A stretch of DNA of 64,000 nt from Balanoglossus misakiensis. Taxonomy: Eukaryota > Animalia > Hemichordata. The notes beneath the pieces are model-generated. The model saw nothing but the letters and a program-made list of their open reading frames with translations. It had not been told where the DNA came from and did not search any database. The stretch covers positions 6,208,172 through 6,272,171 of the forward strand of contig CM082593.2 in assembly GCA_040954595.2 (NCBI GenBank). The letters are read 5' to 3'. This document shows positions 51,501 to 64,000 of this stretch, piece by piece (within the stretch, counting starts at the first letter, position 1; the number at the start of each line of letters is the position of its first letter). A program made the position numbers and the translations under genes.

Positions 51501-52833
51501 AGCAGCTAATCACCAGTGTTACGGAAGTCAACACTACAACAACACAGTATATTACACCATATTTTTTTCACTGTGGGTATGTGTGTGTAAAATCCGTTTC
51601 TGTACATCACATTGCTATAATATCGGACACGAATCTCCGCACACACTTACGTCGTCCGTCCACGAGAAGAGACTGCTCCTCTCCGTCGAATTGCCCGTCG
51701 TCCATCCATTGGACGCCGACAAGTTAATCTCGCCATGGTGCTCGATGATTGTGGGCGACGACCGACCGCTCGTACACGGCGTAACGTAACTGTTATTGTA
51801 ACTATTAATGGCTTCGTTTACAGTCTCTATGTATTGAAACGGCAACACGTCGTCTTCTACTCTCTCCGGTAGCGGGTGATTCTCACCCCGCGATGCGATG
51901 CCGCGACTGTAACAGAACAGAGACAGTTGAAACTGTTAGAATCTATCAGAAATGTTCCCGACTTCATGAACCTTAGAGTGATTAAAACACAGAGGTCCAC
52001 TGCTAAACAATTGGCATATACCTGGCAGGTTGTGTGTACGAGAAGAGACGAGAAAATTAAAATATTCCATGGTGATATCCCTTTACTTCCTTTCATGTGG
52101 ACGGACTGTGCTTTCATGTATGTTTGAATTACAAACCGTGTATTTCACATTAAATCCCAGCATTTCAATTTAACAAAAGACTAATAAAAATGTAATACTA
52201 GTACACAACTTTCAAGAGAAAACCAGATTTTTTTCAACGTGTGCAGGATTTCAAATGAAAGCAAATGGTGCCCACATGTGTGTGATTAATTTATTGCTGA
52301 TTTCAGAGTGACGTGTACACTATATTGCTGGCTTCCTCATTTTTCGGGCCAACACTCCCGAGCGCAAACATGAATTAACTGTTTTTATAAACAGAATTAC
52401 TGCTTGCATTGACTGAGCTTAAAAGCATTAGCCAATACTCAGTCAGGATATGTTGTGTACACAGACCTAGTAAAAGTTGAGCAAACTACATGTGCATATA
52501 AGTACAGCGTGGCTGTAAATACCATAACACCTTTCATTTCTAAGCTATTCAAGTCTTTTCAGAATGAGAGAGACACGTTCTTCCAAAGAATCACTGAGAT
52601 GGTATAAACTCGACAAAAGTCAAATCGTTCTGGCCCATTTACTTTGTTTCACTTCTGAACAATCTGTCGACGCCTGGCTTATCTTGTCGTGGACTTCACA
52701 TCGCACAACGCATAGACTCCATACACTGACTTTTATTCAGCGCAATTACCCGTCGGCACATATTTGGCCCCCTGTACTGGTTTCTAAGTTACATTCCAAT
52801 ACAAAGAAAGCCACCTTGAAGACTGCCTGTCAT
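45582..52833 (-). CDS. FAM149B1: FAM149 family protein (DUF3719; FAM149A/B1 co-ortholog), ~597 aa; identity of the first exon is uncertain
   Basis: Exons 51906-51651, 51106-50967 (EFDKRAARTVRHMFEEIDSTLFE..LAQECKDWKARFPHLR), 50818-50675 (ILGEQL), 50173-50012 (EEEIFESDGCVEEYLAYD), 49851-49661 (GFPPITP), 49327-49179, 48944-48847, 48579-48406, 47400-47262, 47003-46875 (RPNTTHTFR), 46562-46463, 45652-45582 (TAG). Candidate start exon 52833-52793 is low confidence. Confidence 0.85.
47033..47118 (+). mobile_element. ~90-bp piggyBac-type MITE copy
   Basis: ttaacccttccaccgcaatggtttggtcc..tttctatggtaaagttgga..ggggtgaa. Confidence 0.65.
50864..50958 (+). mobile_element. ~90-bp piggyBac-type MITE copy
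   Basis: ttaaccctttcaccatcatggtttggtccaaatccattgtctactatggtcaagtcgg..aaagggtaa. Confidence 0.75.
51181..51271 (+). mobile_element. Degenerate MITE copy
   Basis: ttcacccc..tggtttgatcgcattgttt..aggaactgggggtgaaaggggttaa. Confidence 0.6.
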
Positions 52834-55800
52834 TCACTGACTGGGCCTTTCAGTGGCTTTTCTTTAAAAACGCCAAACAAAAACCTGACAAATAGTTCTT
52901 TAAATGATAATAATTATGCCGGTTATTGATGAGCCCGCGCATCGGTTGGGCGTCCATCTTATGCCAAACAGATCCAATGACGAATCAACTGTCTATGCTA
53001 ATATGAACTCATATCCAAGCAATGACATATACCTTAAAAAATTTCCTGTTCCCTAAAAAGGGTATTATTTTCAGAACAGGCTGAGTCAATATTACGAAAC
53101 ACTGACAAACAAGAATTTTTCATAACAGTACAATATACGAACTTTGTTCTTTTTTGTGTACATTCATTCATTATACACGTACTACTGTAAAGAACGGCGT
53201 TCGATCATTCAAGATATTTTTTTTTGTATTTGTACAGAAGGTGGAGTTCCAATACAGATGACATGTTGAGTGTGTGTTCCCACATGTACTCCAGGTGATT
53301 GACGCACTCTATTTTTATGTTTGGATGCCAATTGCATAGTTTTGTACATACAACACTATTTACATAAAATATACTGATATTTTCATGTATGATAAAGGTA
53401 CCTGCAAGACTTAATTAAACAAGCAACACACAATCAGTCAGATAGCAATACAGTTATGCAACTAGAGATATCGAACACAGCATTACACAGCTGCAAATAT
53501 TTACATGTGATACTGTCTTGTTCCACTGTGGTGTAGATTAAATAAGTTTTAAAATATATAAATTTAATATTTTAACTTATTGGGGAGACATCTCAATGGA
53601 CACAGTGTAATCCTTCATGAGCAAATCCCTGAATCTGACTTCAAATCAAAATTATTCAGTCTGTGTTTTTTTTTTGTGTGTGTGTGTGAAGCATTTCTGA
53701 TTAACTTAAAGAAAATAGTTGACTGGTAAATCTCAAAAGACTTCTATTTTGGAAAAATGTGTATAACAAAAACCAACGGGCTATTTTTTCGTTACATGCT
53801 ATTTTTAAAATGGCCGTAAAGCTTCATAGCCCATTGCTGTTTATCAACTATCAGTATACTAGGGGTGTTATCTACAATATCAAATGAGAATTAGACAACA
53901 TCTACTTATCGACATTTTCCAGGCAACATTTCGTATCACCCATGACAACAGTAGTCATAGCATCCATTTTCCAAAACCATCCCCAATGTATGATTTATGG
54001 CCATCTTCAAAGTTCACGGAGTCATAATAAACATACACGGTGCTTCAAGTTTTTCTAAAATTGATGTACAGTGTACGATTACATGTCGTTTCGCATCTAT
54101 CAATTCCGCATTAAGAATTCACCTGTCCGAGTGTGATTTACAAGCCGTTGCGCTGAGTGAGACAGCAGAAAAACGTTTTCTGTCCAGTCACCTGAAAAAT
54201 TCAGGTCACATACTGAGCAGTATGTTATTTTTTACTGCTTATATCACATTTATTTATTCACTGGCGCTTAAAATTGACATCGAGGAGTACGGCTTTTTGC
54301 GTTACCCTTTAACCGACAAAGCCCATGCCCAATTAGACAACAGCACCCCCAACTACCAACGTTGCCTACCCTGTTATTTATGGAAATATCCTCATGTGTG
54401 GACATGACCTTATAAATCAATTTCTTGTGGAGACTTGTGTGGGACTTGGTTACATGCATGTATATTTACAAGGTGCGGTACATATGGTTTGTTTATCCAG
54501 GCAAACAGAAACAAAATTATTCATATAGCTGAGCTCACCTAACTACATTGTGTACACACTCCATAACTACTTCTTTCTAGACAACTTAGAAGTATTGGTA
54601 GTCAATCATCATTGTGCCCTCTAACACACATTTTTTCTATAAAAAAATTAACAATCTGGGAAATTTTAAATTTCTCAGTATGAGCTCTCCACACCTTTGC
54701 CTGTACATGTCATTGTATGTAAGAAATGATTTTGTATCATGCTGAATCTATAAAAAGATTCTGCAGACAGAAAACAGTTACCACGTGAGGGGGGAATTTT
54801 TTAGGACATACATGTACGTGCATCACAAACAGTACAGTAAAAACCAAAACACTTCCAGAAAGATCTGCCCGCAAGCCTCACTACAGATTGCAATTTTTTC
54901 AAAATTTATAACATACGTGCGAACTGTTCAGATAAATTAATGAAATCAATTGAGAGGGATGGTACATGTACTTGTAAATTACTGAAACTGACGCCAGAAT
55001 GATCCAACCAATATCGTAACATAACGCTACTCTGTATATGAAGTGCGAAAAATGGTAAATCATTTTCGACTATCCAAACACATCACACTGCCTACTGTGT
55101 AAATCGAAGCACTAAATTACGTCATAAAATATCACAGTAAGTGTGTGTAAATTTCAAATCTGTATACTTTATATAAATGTAGACACGAGTTATTTCAGGA
55201 CTTGATAGAATATGAGTATCGGCCCATATTTCTTGGTTGTGGATGTGTACATTTGAATATAGTCATTAAAACTTCACGGATAAGCATTTTAAAATTTCAA
55301 AATATGAATTTTGAAAATCTAATACCTCATGCTCCAAGTTTATGTATATATATTGAAATCGATACACGTACATGTACATGTGCTTGTGTCTAACTTGAAC
55401 CGCTGACCTTGGCCATGTGAGAGAAGCTTCCTTAAAACGCTTCACATATAAAGAGGGATCTCTGATGAACTCGTCTCATTAATATTCAACACCAGAGACT
55501 CGCAGTCTCGGATTTAAAAAAATTTGTGACAAATGAGATTGCCGATCAACGGCACCGCGATAAACCTGCCACCGATATACACGTCACAGTTTCAATGCTA
55601 AGCTCTTTGTTTGGGTTTGTTTTGGTCAGTTGCCACGGCAACCAGCTGCCCGGATCGCTCCCTCTCTGAGCAGAGAATGGCAGCTTTGGCAATCTCTCAT
55701 TTTCTTTAAGCGTCGTTTCCTCGACTCGATGGCTTATTGCACATATCAATTTATTCAGCCCAGGAATCCAGGATTCCTCACGTATGAGCCTTGATGGAGT

Positions 55801-58800
55801 ACTTGTCTGGTTCAATCGTGACACAATAAAAAGCTGAATAAATGTCATATAGTAACTAGTAGATTTCATATTTTATCCTGAGAACACATGCTTGTATGTA
55901 CAAATAAAATTTCTGCAGCCACTGTTGATTTTGAACAAGTACTCCCATTAATTTTTAAATTCGTAATTTTATATAGATTCTTCATTCAGATTTTCCGATT
56001 TCTCAGAATCATCAAATTCGAAATAAATGTACATGTACAATTGCTTAATTTGAGAAATAACCATCATTCTTCAGATTGGATAATCCTTCAGTGATTTAAT
56101 AACAAACTCAACTGTGTTATATGGTTGCAGTATGGAAGAGTATCTGAAACCAATAGCGCATTTTGCTCACAAAAAGTACAGATCCAGCAATTTCCCTGTT
56201 TCAGCAATGACAAGGATTTCTAGTATTTGACTGCTGCACTAAACACGGACCTGCCTTGCTCCGACTTACACTGAAAAGCTAAAGACAATGAAAATCTTTG
56301 TGGTGTCTTATATCACTGCACGCTCCGCAGCACAAAGGAAACACAATACCGATCTTGTACGTATGTTTTTTATGTGAAAAATCCTTACGTGCGACTTGTG
56401 GGGGGATGAAAAAGCATCTGAAAAGATCTCACTGTGTTCAAAACATCGCATGATTAAAACTGTCGACCGAACAGGCAGTGAGTAGCTCTCACAGATTACT
56501 GAACCAAGAAACGTGACCACAAAAGACGCGCACAATAAAGAAACTGCTGGCTCAAAAGAAGACAACTTTACAACAGTCTTGATCGTAAATCAACGCTGAC
56601 AGTTTTTATGTTCGGCGCTATTTATCTTGTCATACGACATATTCGTCAATCGCGAAAAAGCAAACAGGACAGGACAGAGCTAAGCTGGCTTTTCTTACCC
56701 AGTCTGAGGTAGACTCATGTCGTTTGGATATTCTAATAACATTGTCGAATTAACCACACCGTCAGTGAGTGATTGTTAGTTTTTGCTCGAAATGCCACTA
56801 AAAAACATGACCTTTTCCACTGTTCAGATAGAAAATTAATCATTAGTGACATTTTCCTGTGTAACAGTGTATATTCTGCAAAGACACTGACTATATGCAT
56901 TGTAGCCTGACCAGTGTGCAATCCAAAAACATGATTTTTTATTATCTTAATTTGTATGATATAGTAACATTCTTGTACCAGACCTGGTATACGCCATCAT
57001 ATACAACACACATTTTTATTCATGTATAGTGACAAATTCTTGCATCAATATCACAGCAATAGGCTCTTAGGTGCCATCCCCGAGTCCTATAGACACAAAA
57101 CATTGTCACTATTTTGGCCGACCACATACCATTCTCAATAACACACAAGTGTGCAGCTTACCTATCTTGGGAAAATTCAGCGTACCTGCATTCGAAAACG
57201 ACCGCCCTAACAAACAAAGCCACTTGACAGGTACTGTTATGTTAAATCCCGATGTTACGCTACATTGTCAAAATACTTTAGAACAATGCCAGAAAGCTCT
57301 TTAAGGGAACATTTTCTAGCTCTTCATAAATCTAGAGTGACAAAAGTGGACAGGAATTCTTCTGCTTTCACTAATAAGGGTTTTAACATACCACGCATAC
57401 GCGCACCAAACAGCGTACCCTTGAAAGACAGAAGTATGTCACATTTTTTGTCTGTGAGACAGGGGGGATCATGACCAATACAAAAGTCATCACTGAAGTA
57501 GAAAATTTTGCAAGTTATTGTACAAGCAACTTTGCAGCAATGACAATCTAATCTGTTCGACACGGCAGCATGTATGTGTGATTACAACAGTTTCTCCACT
57601 GAACAATTAAACTGTTAAACACATCAGCTTTTCAAAAGACAGAAACTTGTAAGCCTGAACGAGGTCTAGCATTACGGTATAGATGGATTAAACGGAAAGT
57701 CCAATCCTTTGTTTGTTAATGAAATTTGTCTCCCGAGCGGAGGAATTATTATTTTCCATTATGACAGTTGCTGTGGCAACCGCATCAATCGATTCACCAC
57801 TGATGAGACGGTGCATGAATGGACAATATTTCACTCGAGTCCTAATTAGGGCGTCGGTACAATCAGACACCCATGACAGCAGCTCCTGAGAGGGAATTAT
57901 ACCCAATTGACAGAGGTTGGCAGAGATCACCCTCCACTGTTTGCAAATTACTGTGCATGCCCAGCCTGATATTTTGACACCGCTAATACCGCAGCGCGAC
58001 AATGCGTACGGACTTCGAAAGTGCTGTAATTTGCGCAACAACACCGCACATCCAGAACACACAGTGAAACTGTAACCCCGCGCGTACGTCGTTCTTCGAG
58101 TAAAGTAGATCGTTGTATACTACAATTAGAGTTGTGAAATCGCTACAGTATCTCACGTGCTATCTCGGTAACTAGCTAATCAGACTTCCTTTGCATTCAA
58201 GGAGAAATACAGTACACACCATGATTTCAATAAAACAGCATTTTTCCCCTAAATTTTTAGAGGATGCAGAACACAAATGATGAAAGAAACTGCAGTTATG
58301 TATCTCTGTCGGGAAAAATAATTGTTGATTTTCACATAAACAAAACCGTGAACACTCTGTTTTTCAGTTTCAAACGACATGCCCATCCCCCGAGTGCAAC
58401 AAAGATTATATAAAATTCAAAGGACTTTAATTTACCTGAAAAATATGTGTGTACGACTCCACCTACAATTCATGCACCGTTGACGTTCGGTATTGGTGTC
58501 TTCCGTGACCTTTCACCTCTGCGCGGTTTTGTTTACTTCAACTCTTATCCTGACAACTTTAATGATTCTTTTCATTTTGGAATATTGATTTTATTGATTG
58601 CGGCTCCCCCCAAACACCCATCTATTGCCTCCAGGTCACCATGCAGGCTTGAAATCGCTTGAAAATTTAAAACCAAACAATATTATGATAGTTTAATAGG
58701 GAAACTTGTATGCAAAGTGACCAAAGAAAACCAAGCCACTGTTTACAGGTATCTGTTCAGTAAATAAATCAAGTTGCTAATCATGCCTTTGCTTGTACAC

Positions 58801-59794
58801 TCTCAAAGAACTAACTGATCTTGAAACTTTTTGGTTTTCTGTACATGACATTGATTCATATCCTGGAAATTTTCAGGAAAATAGAAGTCATGGAAGTGTT
58901 TGCGATTTTCTTAAAAATCAACATTTCCTTAGAGACAAACTTCAATAACGTCTGAAAATTTCCCAAACAACAACAGACGGCAACACTGCAAAACTGGCCT
59001 GCTCTCCAAGGATAAATATTTGATAACTGAGATGTTCGCCTATTAAAATTTCATTCCTAAAGGAGGTACGGAGTGTGTTCGTACGCCTCCTGATGTAAAC
59101 CCGTCCTTGCACGAGTAACTGATAAGAAAAGTCGGTGTTATACTTTAGTGGCTGGTGACGTGAAGACGGTTTTCTGTTCAAGTACCCTGTAAATAGATCT
59201 CGCCGTGCACTTCACAAAATATACCAGGGATATAAGAGGGATGTGAAAATCTTCCAACCTGCTTTCAGCTTCTGCTAATAACCCTTTTCAGTCGCGAAAC
59301 GCAGTGTGTGTTTAGTTTGGCTGTTCCCATGCAGGGTTACAGCAAAGCCTCGGATTAGCGGGGCCCGATTTATTCCCCTACTTTGTTCGAAAACACATTC
59401 GAAAACAATCGACTTTGCGCAAAATTCCCTCCGGCTAGGATTTTCAGTGATTTCACAAACTGTGCACAGTTTGGGCTGTTTGGGGGGCAAAGGAATGTTG
59501 TAAGAATAAAGCTGGGCAGTGATCTGCATATATATGCAGTTTCTGATTGCTTTTCGTGTGGTACCCTTGGACTTTGGTTTATATAATGAGACAGCTTTGT
59601 TCTGCAAGCAACCTGGTGAAAAATGAAGATGTGCCTGATTTCACAGGTGTAACATTGCCATTAACAGTTATTCTGTAGCTAAAGTAAACATTAGGGTACC
59701 GAACCAAACCAAAAGGAATATTGGTATGGTATATCTAAAAAAAATTTTTTCCAAAGCGGCCGCCTTTAGCCATGTGATCACACCATTTTTGACT

Positions 59795-59897
59795 TTAACC
59801 CACCCCTTTCACCACCATGGTTCAGTCCAAATCCATTGCTTTCTATGGTAAGGTTGGACCTCTATAGAGGGAACTGGGGGATGATGAAAGGGTTTAA
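59795..59897 (+). mobile_element. ~90-bp piggyBac-type MITE copy
   Basis: ttaacc..ccctttcaccaccatggttcagtccaaatccattgctttctatggtaaggttggacctct..tgaaagggtttaa. Confidence 0.75.
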
Positions 59898-62800
59898 CCG
59901 TTGCTACTGTGCAACTCAAGGTTCAGGTGTACTTACATATGTACAATGCTGCCGTGTTCAAAGATTCTCTCACATAAACACAGCACACACTTCCAAGGCA
60001 CAGTATAAGTGAATTTAAACTGTAACACCAAATGAAATTGTGTGCGAATTTATCTTTCCTAATGAAGCACGTCTAAAGCCACACAGCCATTTCAATTCAT
60101 TCCCCTGCCAATACCCAGGATGTTGTTATGGGCGTGTGTGTCCATGGTACACACACACATCCCGGAAAACAAACCTATGTGAGATCACGCCTTACAGGGG
60201 GGCATCATTACTGTGAATGACTGCTATTTCTGAGTTTCATTCTCCCTTGTTCAAACTAATTATCACACACAGTAAAGCAAATCAGTTAACTGTTAGCCCT
60301 ATCTCACCCCCATTTTCTACAAATACAGACTTTAACCACTGTATCGAAAATAAAGCCAAAAATGGTAAAGATAGGTTATTTTTCATGACATATTCCCTAT
60401 CCATAGCACTGCTCAGTAGAATTTGATTTCATTTTTCATTTTAAACAAGTCTTTTTATCTCATCATTGTTCAGATTATTTTAGGTCTCATTGTTTCAAAT
60501 ACCTAAAAATCTGAACATCAATTTTCATCTCCAAATTATTTGAGATGTTTTTATATCTTCATTTTGAATTTTATATACCTAAAATCTATTTGTCATATCT
60601 CCATTTTTAATTTTAAGTACCTACAAATCTGTGCATCACAGATTGATAGAATCAAACACTCTACATTTAATATATCGGCATTTCGGCCAGAAATATAAGA
60701 GAGAAAAGGAGAGGAATACCCACACACTCAGCACCGTTGACAGTTGTCTTAATCCCTCCGCGTCCAAACTGCCGGCCGACCGTACTTGACGGTTGATAAT
60801 CCCATTTCTGCTGGCGGCATAGACATCCTTGGTTGGCAAGGTCATTTTCCTCTCCAAAATATTGCACTTGATGTACATCAAGTATGTGTAAACCTAGCCA
60901 TTGTTTGTTTTCTCCATTGTAGTGATGCAGAGGTCAGGCGACAGAAGAATACCGGTACAATTGTTCCTCGTGGGTACCAAAGTCCTTGGAGTCAGCCCAG
61001 AGCCATCAGTTGCGGGCCCAGCCGACACCAGAGATCTCTGACACAATGTTTACTCATGTTGTATCACAAACACACGCCAAGGTTGGTAGTTCTATAAACG
61101 CAATACATTACCCGAACCTGTTCATGCGTGCCGACTTGTTCACGGTTGCTACACGGATCAGATTCCACCAAAAAAAAATCACCAAATGACCAAAAATTCA
61201 CAAGATTTCGAAAAAATGTCCAAGATTTGTCGCCTGCAGACTACAGCAGAATGATCATCTGCTGCTCACAACATGTGATAGCTTAAAGATAAACGCGACT
61301 CCAGAGGCCGGAGATGGCTCTTTGGTAATTCCTAATTACACGCTCCCAGACTGGGGTTCCACCCTCCACGGTCTATTGAAAAACAACCGGATTACAAACC
61401 GTTTCAATTAGCAGAGCCCTCTCAAAAATTCAAATCCGATAAACAAAACAGCAGCTTTCTGTATTTAACCGTGTAGTTCTTTCAGAGCTGGGTGCCATTT
61501 CGCATAACGACCCACAATAATTGCCTGAAATGCTCACATAGGTGAGTTTGTCATTACACACAGATTGCTACGATTTGGACAGTGTTATTGAGATAGCGGC
61601 TATCTGTTCTGTTTTCCAATGCAAGCCAATTTGTCCTATCACCTAATCAGCCTTTCACAGATGTGGCTCAAGATACTCCTTGTCCAGTTGTATTATATCG
61701 GTCGGTCAGTAATTTCAGCTGTTGATGAGCGAGCTATCTGTCACACAAGCAGATCTCCATGCGTGTGTGTGTAAATATAAGCGCGGTGGCTTCACAGCAT
61801 TGTTGCCACACAAAGCACACAAACCGTTGGATGTGACCTCAACACGGATCTATATATTCACCAGGAGAGGGAAAACAAAGTGAGCACTGCCAACACTTCC
61901 ATGTGCGGATTCCTTGTGACGGAAACAGCAACCGCGGACAACTGCAATCCTATCCAAACACGATGTTAAATATCGCAAGCTGACACACTGGGGGACACGT
62001 TGCATTCGGGCTCAGAGAGTACACACAGAATTCCTCTGTAACATATGTGTGTCTCAGTGGTGTTGTGAATGCATTGGTGTGAACATGTCCACAGTCATTC
62101 AAATGGCCTTCATGCATATACTTAATGAATGCACTGAATATAAAGAGGAGAGAATATTGTGCAGGTACTGCATAATGGCCACCCGCATATATAATAACGT
62201 ATAATCACGTACAGCAGAGACAACACATTCATCATGTTCTTCTGAATAATTAACCACAAATTTACTTCCTCATTCTCATTACTATAATTAATTTCATCAT
62301 TTACAATTTCGGTCTGTTGAGGGCAGCATTCATACATGTATGCTCGTACATGGATTTGATCATTGAGAAAATTATAACTGGTACAAGTATTGGTCAGAGC
62401 ACCTGAGTTTGGTGATCGTGGTTTAGTTTTACTTCAAACACACACACACACACTGATTTTCAGACATTTCTTTACGAGCTTGCTTTCCATTTAACTACAC
62501 AAGCATCTTTTGGCACGGTCTCAAGGTTTGCAACGCTCATTTCACATCATAGACCCAGGAATGTACTTGGCCATTCATAAAGATTCAAATGAGGCGAGGT
62601 GTAAACTGGCAGTTTTTTTGTCAAAACTCCAATCAAGATCTCTGATGTAATGAATATTCTGTGGCACAAGAAGATGTTATATCTCTTGTTCAGAACATGT
62701 ATAGCAACACGAGAAAGACTCTAAGAAACTAAAATTATTGGCTGGTCAATCTCTGAACGTAACTTGTACAGCTTAATATTGGGAAAGGGAAATTTACAAA

Positions 62801-64000
62801 TGACGACAACACCTACTTATGTTACACTCTTATTGGTTGAGTAAATCTTAAAAATTTGCTTGTATTGTTGCATAAAATCAATTTGCTCAATCACATACCA
62901 GTACTCTATGTTTTACAATGTGAATATATTTCAAAACTTTAAAGTATGGTAACTATCTTACATGCCCAGATCTGCCCCTTTTCTCATTGGATACCACGTC
63001 ACAATGGTGTAACATTCTTTCCTTTATTTTAAGCCAAAAACAAAAAAAATATTTGTGTGGTTCCGATAACCTGACCAGTATTTAACTATTTTTTAACCCA
63101 CTGACATGATACTACACTTTATAGCTCCAAACAAACATGGACAAGAATGTCAGAAGCTACAACCTGCTCTGTTCAGATTTATAACGTTCACAGCTTTGGC
63201 AGCTCCAGTCTTCACACTGATAGCTGATAAATTTTAGTTGCAATAGCCACAGAGGGCGATGTTCTGACCGTTCCTGTGGTTGAATGAGATGCTAAGTGGA
63301 GGAAAGAGCCAGCACAGGCTGGGTTGCCTAGGGAAACCAGTCAGTTGAGTTTAGCTGAAAGGTTGAGGGCGCACATTCAATCTGGGGATGAGTTGGCATT
63401 AGGCAAAAGGAGAGCTGAGATAATCCTTTGTAACTCAGTGTCGATGATCATTATTCATCTTTTGAATATTATCTGTCAGATAGATGGATGTCTGTAAATG
63501 AAAAATTAACTGAAGTTTTATTAAGAACCAAATAACTCATGGTTTCAATTACCAATTCCTAAACAACACTGCCTCTGCCAAGCACCTTTAAGTCCCACAC
63601 GGGTATTAGAAATCCCGGCATTTGACCTCTAACCTTTCGTTATAAACTATCACACCCGATATTGACAACATTTCTGATTGCACAACTGGTTACCAACAAC
63701 ACCTGGAATGAACAGCACTTTTCTCTCACACGCCACCGGTGCAGTCAATCACACTTTTATTAAAGCAGAGACTGCATTTAAATCTACTGCGACTTCTACA
63801 GACAACAGCCCCACTTTCCTAAGGATGCTAATTCGTTCAAAACTCGGACAACACTGCCTGGGGCAAATTTGCTTCTACACTGCAGTCATCTCTCACGACA
63901 GAAAACAATCAATCGTGTCGCCGTATGTTATGGTAACAGCGCGACTAAGGTTATTGTAAAACATCTCAACTGTCCAGATAAACATATTGTGACAATTTAA

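Noticed and set aside
55546-55869. Possible THAP-domain or transposase relic (WIPGLNKLICAISH)
   Set aside because: There is no N-terminal CxxxxC, no HF and no AVPT motif, so the resemblance is too weak without an HMM search.
57071-58062. Possible decayed coding sequence in several 70-124 aa ORFs
   Set aside because: No recognisable motif or consistent splice structure.
58696-59190. Possible ~500-bp TIR element (agggaaacttg...caagtaccct)
   Set aside because: The inverted match is short and imperfect and there is no second copy in the window.

Overview
This is eukaryotic, intron-rich animal genomic DNA. The gene content looks like an invertebrate deuterostome, but the taxon is an inference. 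Six spliced protein-coding genes can be rebuilt by hand from GT-AG junctions with consistent phases. (1) The 3' 33 exons of PTPN13 (+, FERM, six PDZ, PTP). (2) A TRIM E3 ligase (-) whose real C-terminus, hidden from the ORF track by splicing, is a MIB/HERC2-like domain. (3) An 11-coding-exon type I membrane protein (-, ~1102 aa) with five Frizzled CRDs, two Sushi/CCP domains, one juxtamembrane EGF module with the hallmarks of an EGFR/ErbB ligand, and a tail with two NPxY motifs. This is the most unusual object in the window. (4) PPM1K (+). (5) A TMEM72-like gene (-). (6) A FAM149-family gene (-). Repeats include about 10 copies of a ~90-bp TTAA-flanked piggyBac-type MITE, a Helentron-like composite with a ~215-bp tandem array between PPM1K and TMEM72, and several short hairpins. 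The region 53-64 kb has no convincing coding sequence. All coordinates were counted by eye and may be off by a base or two.
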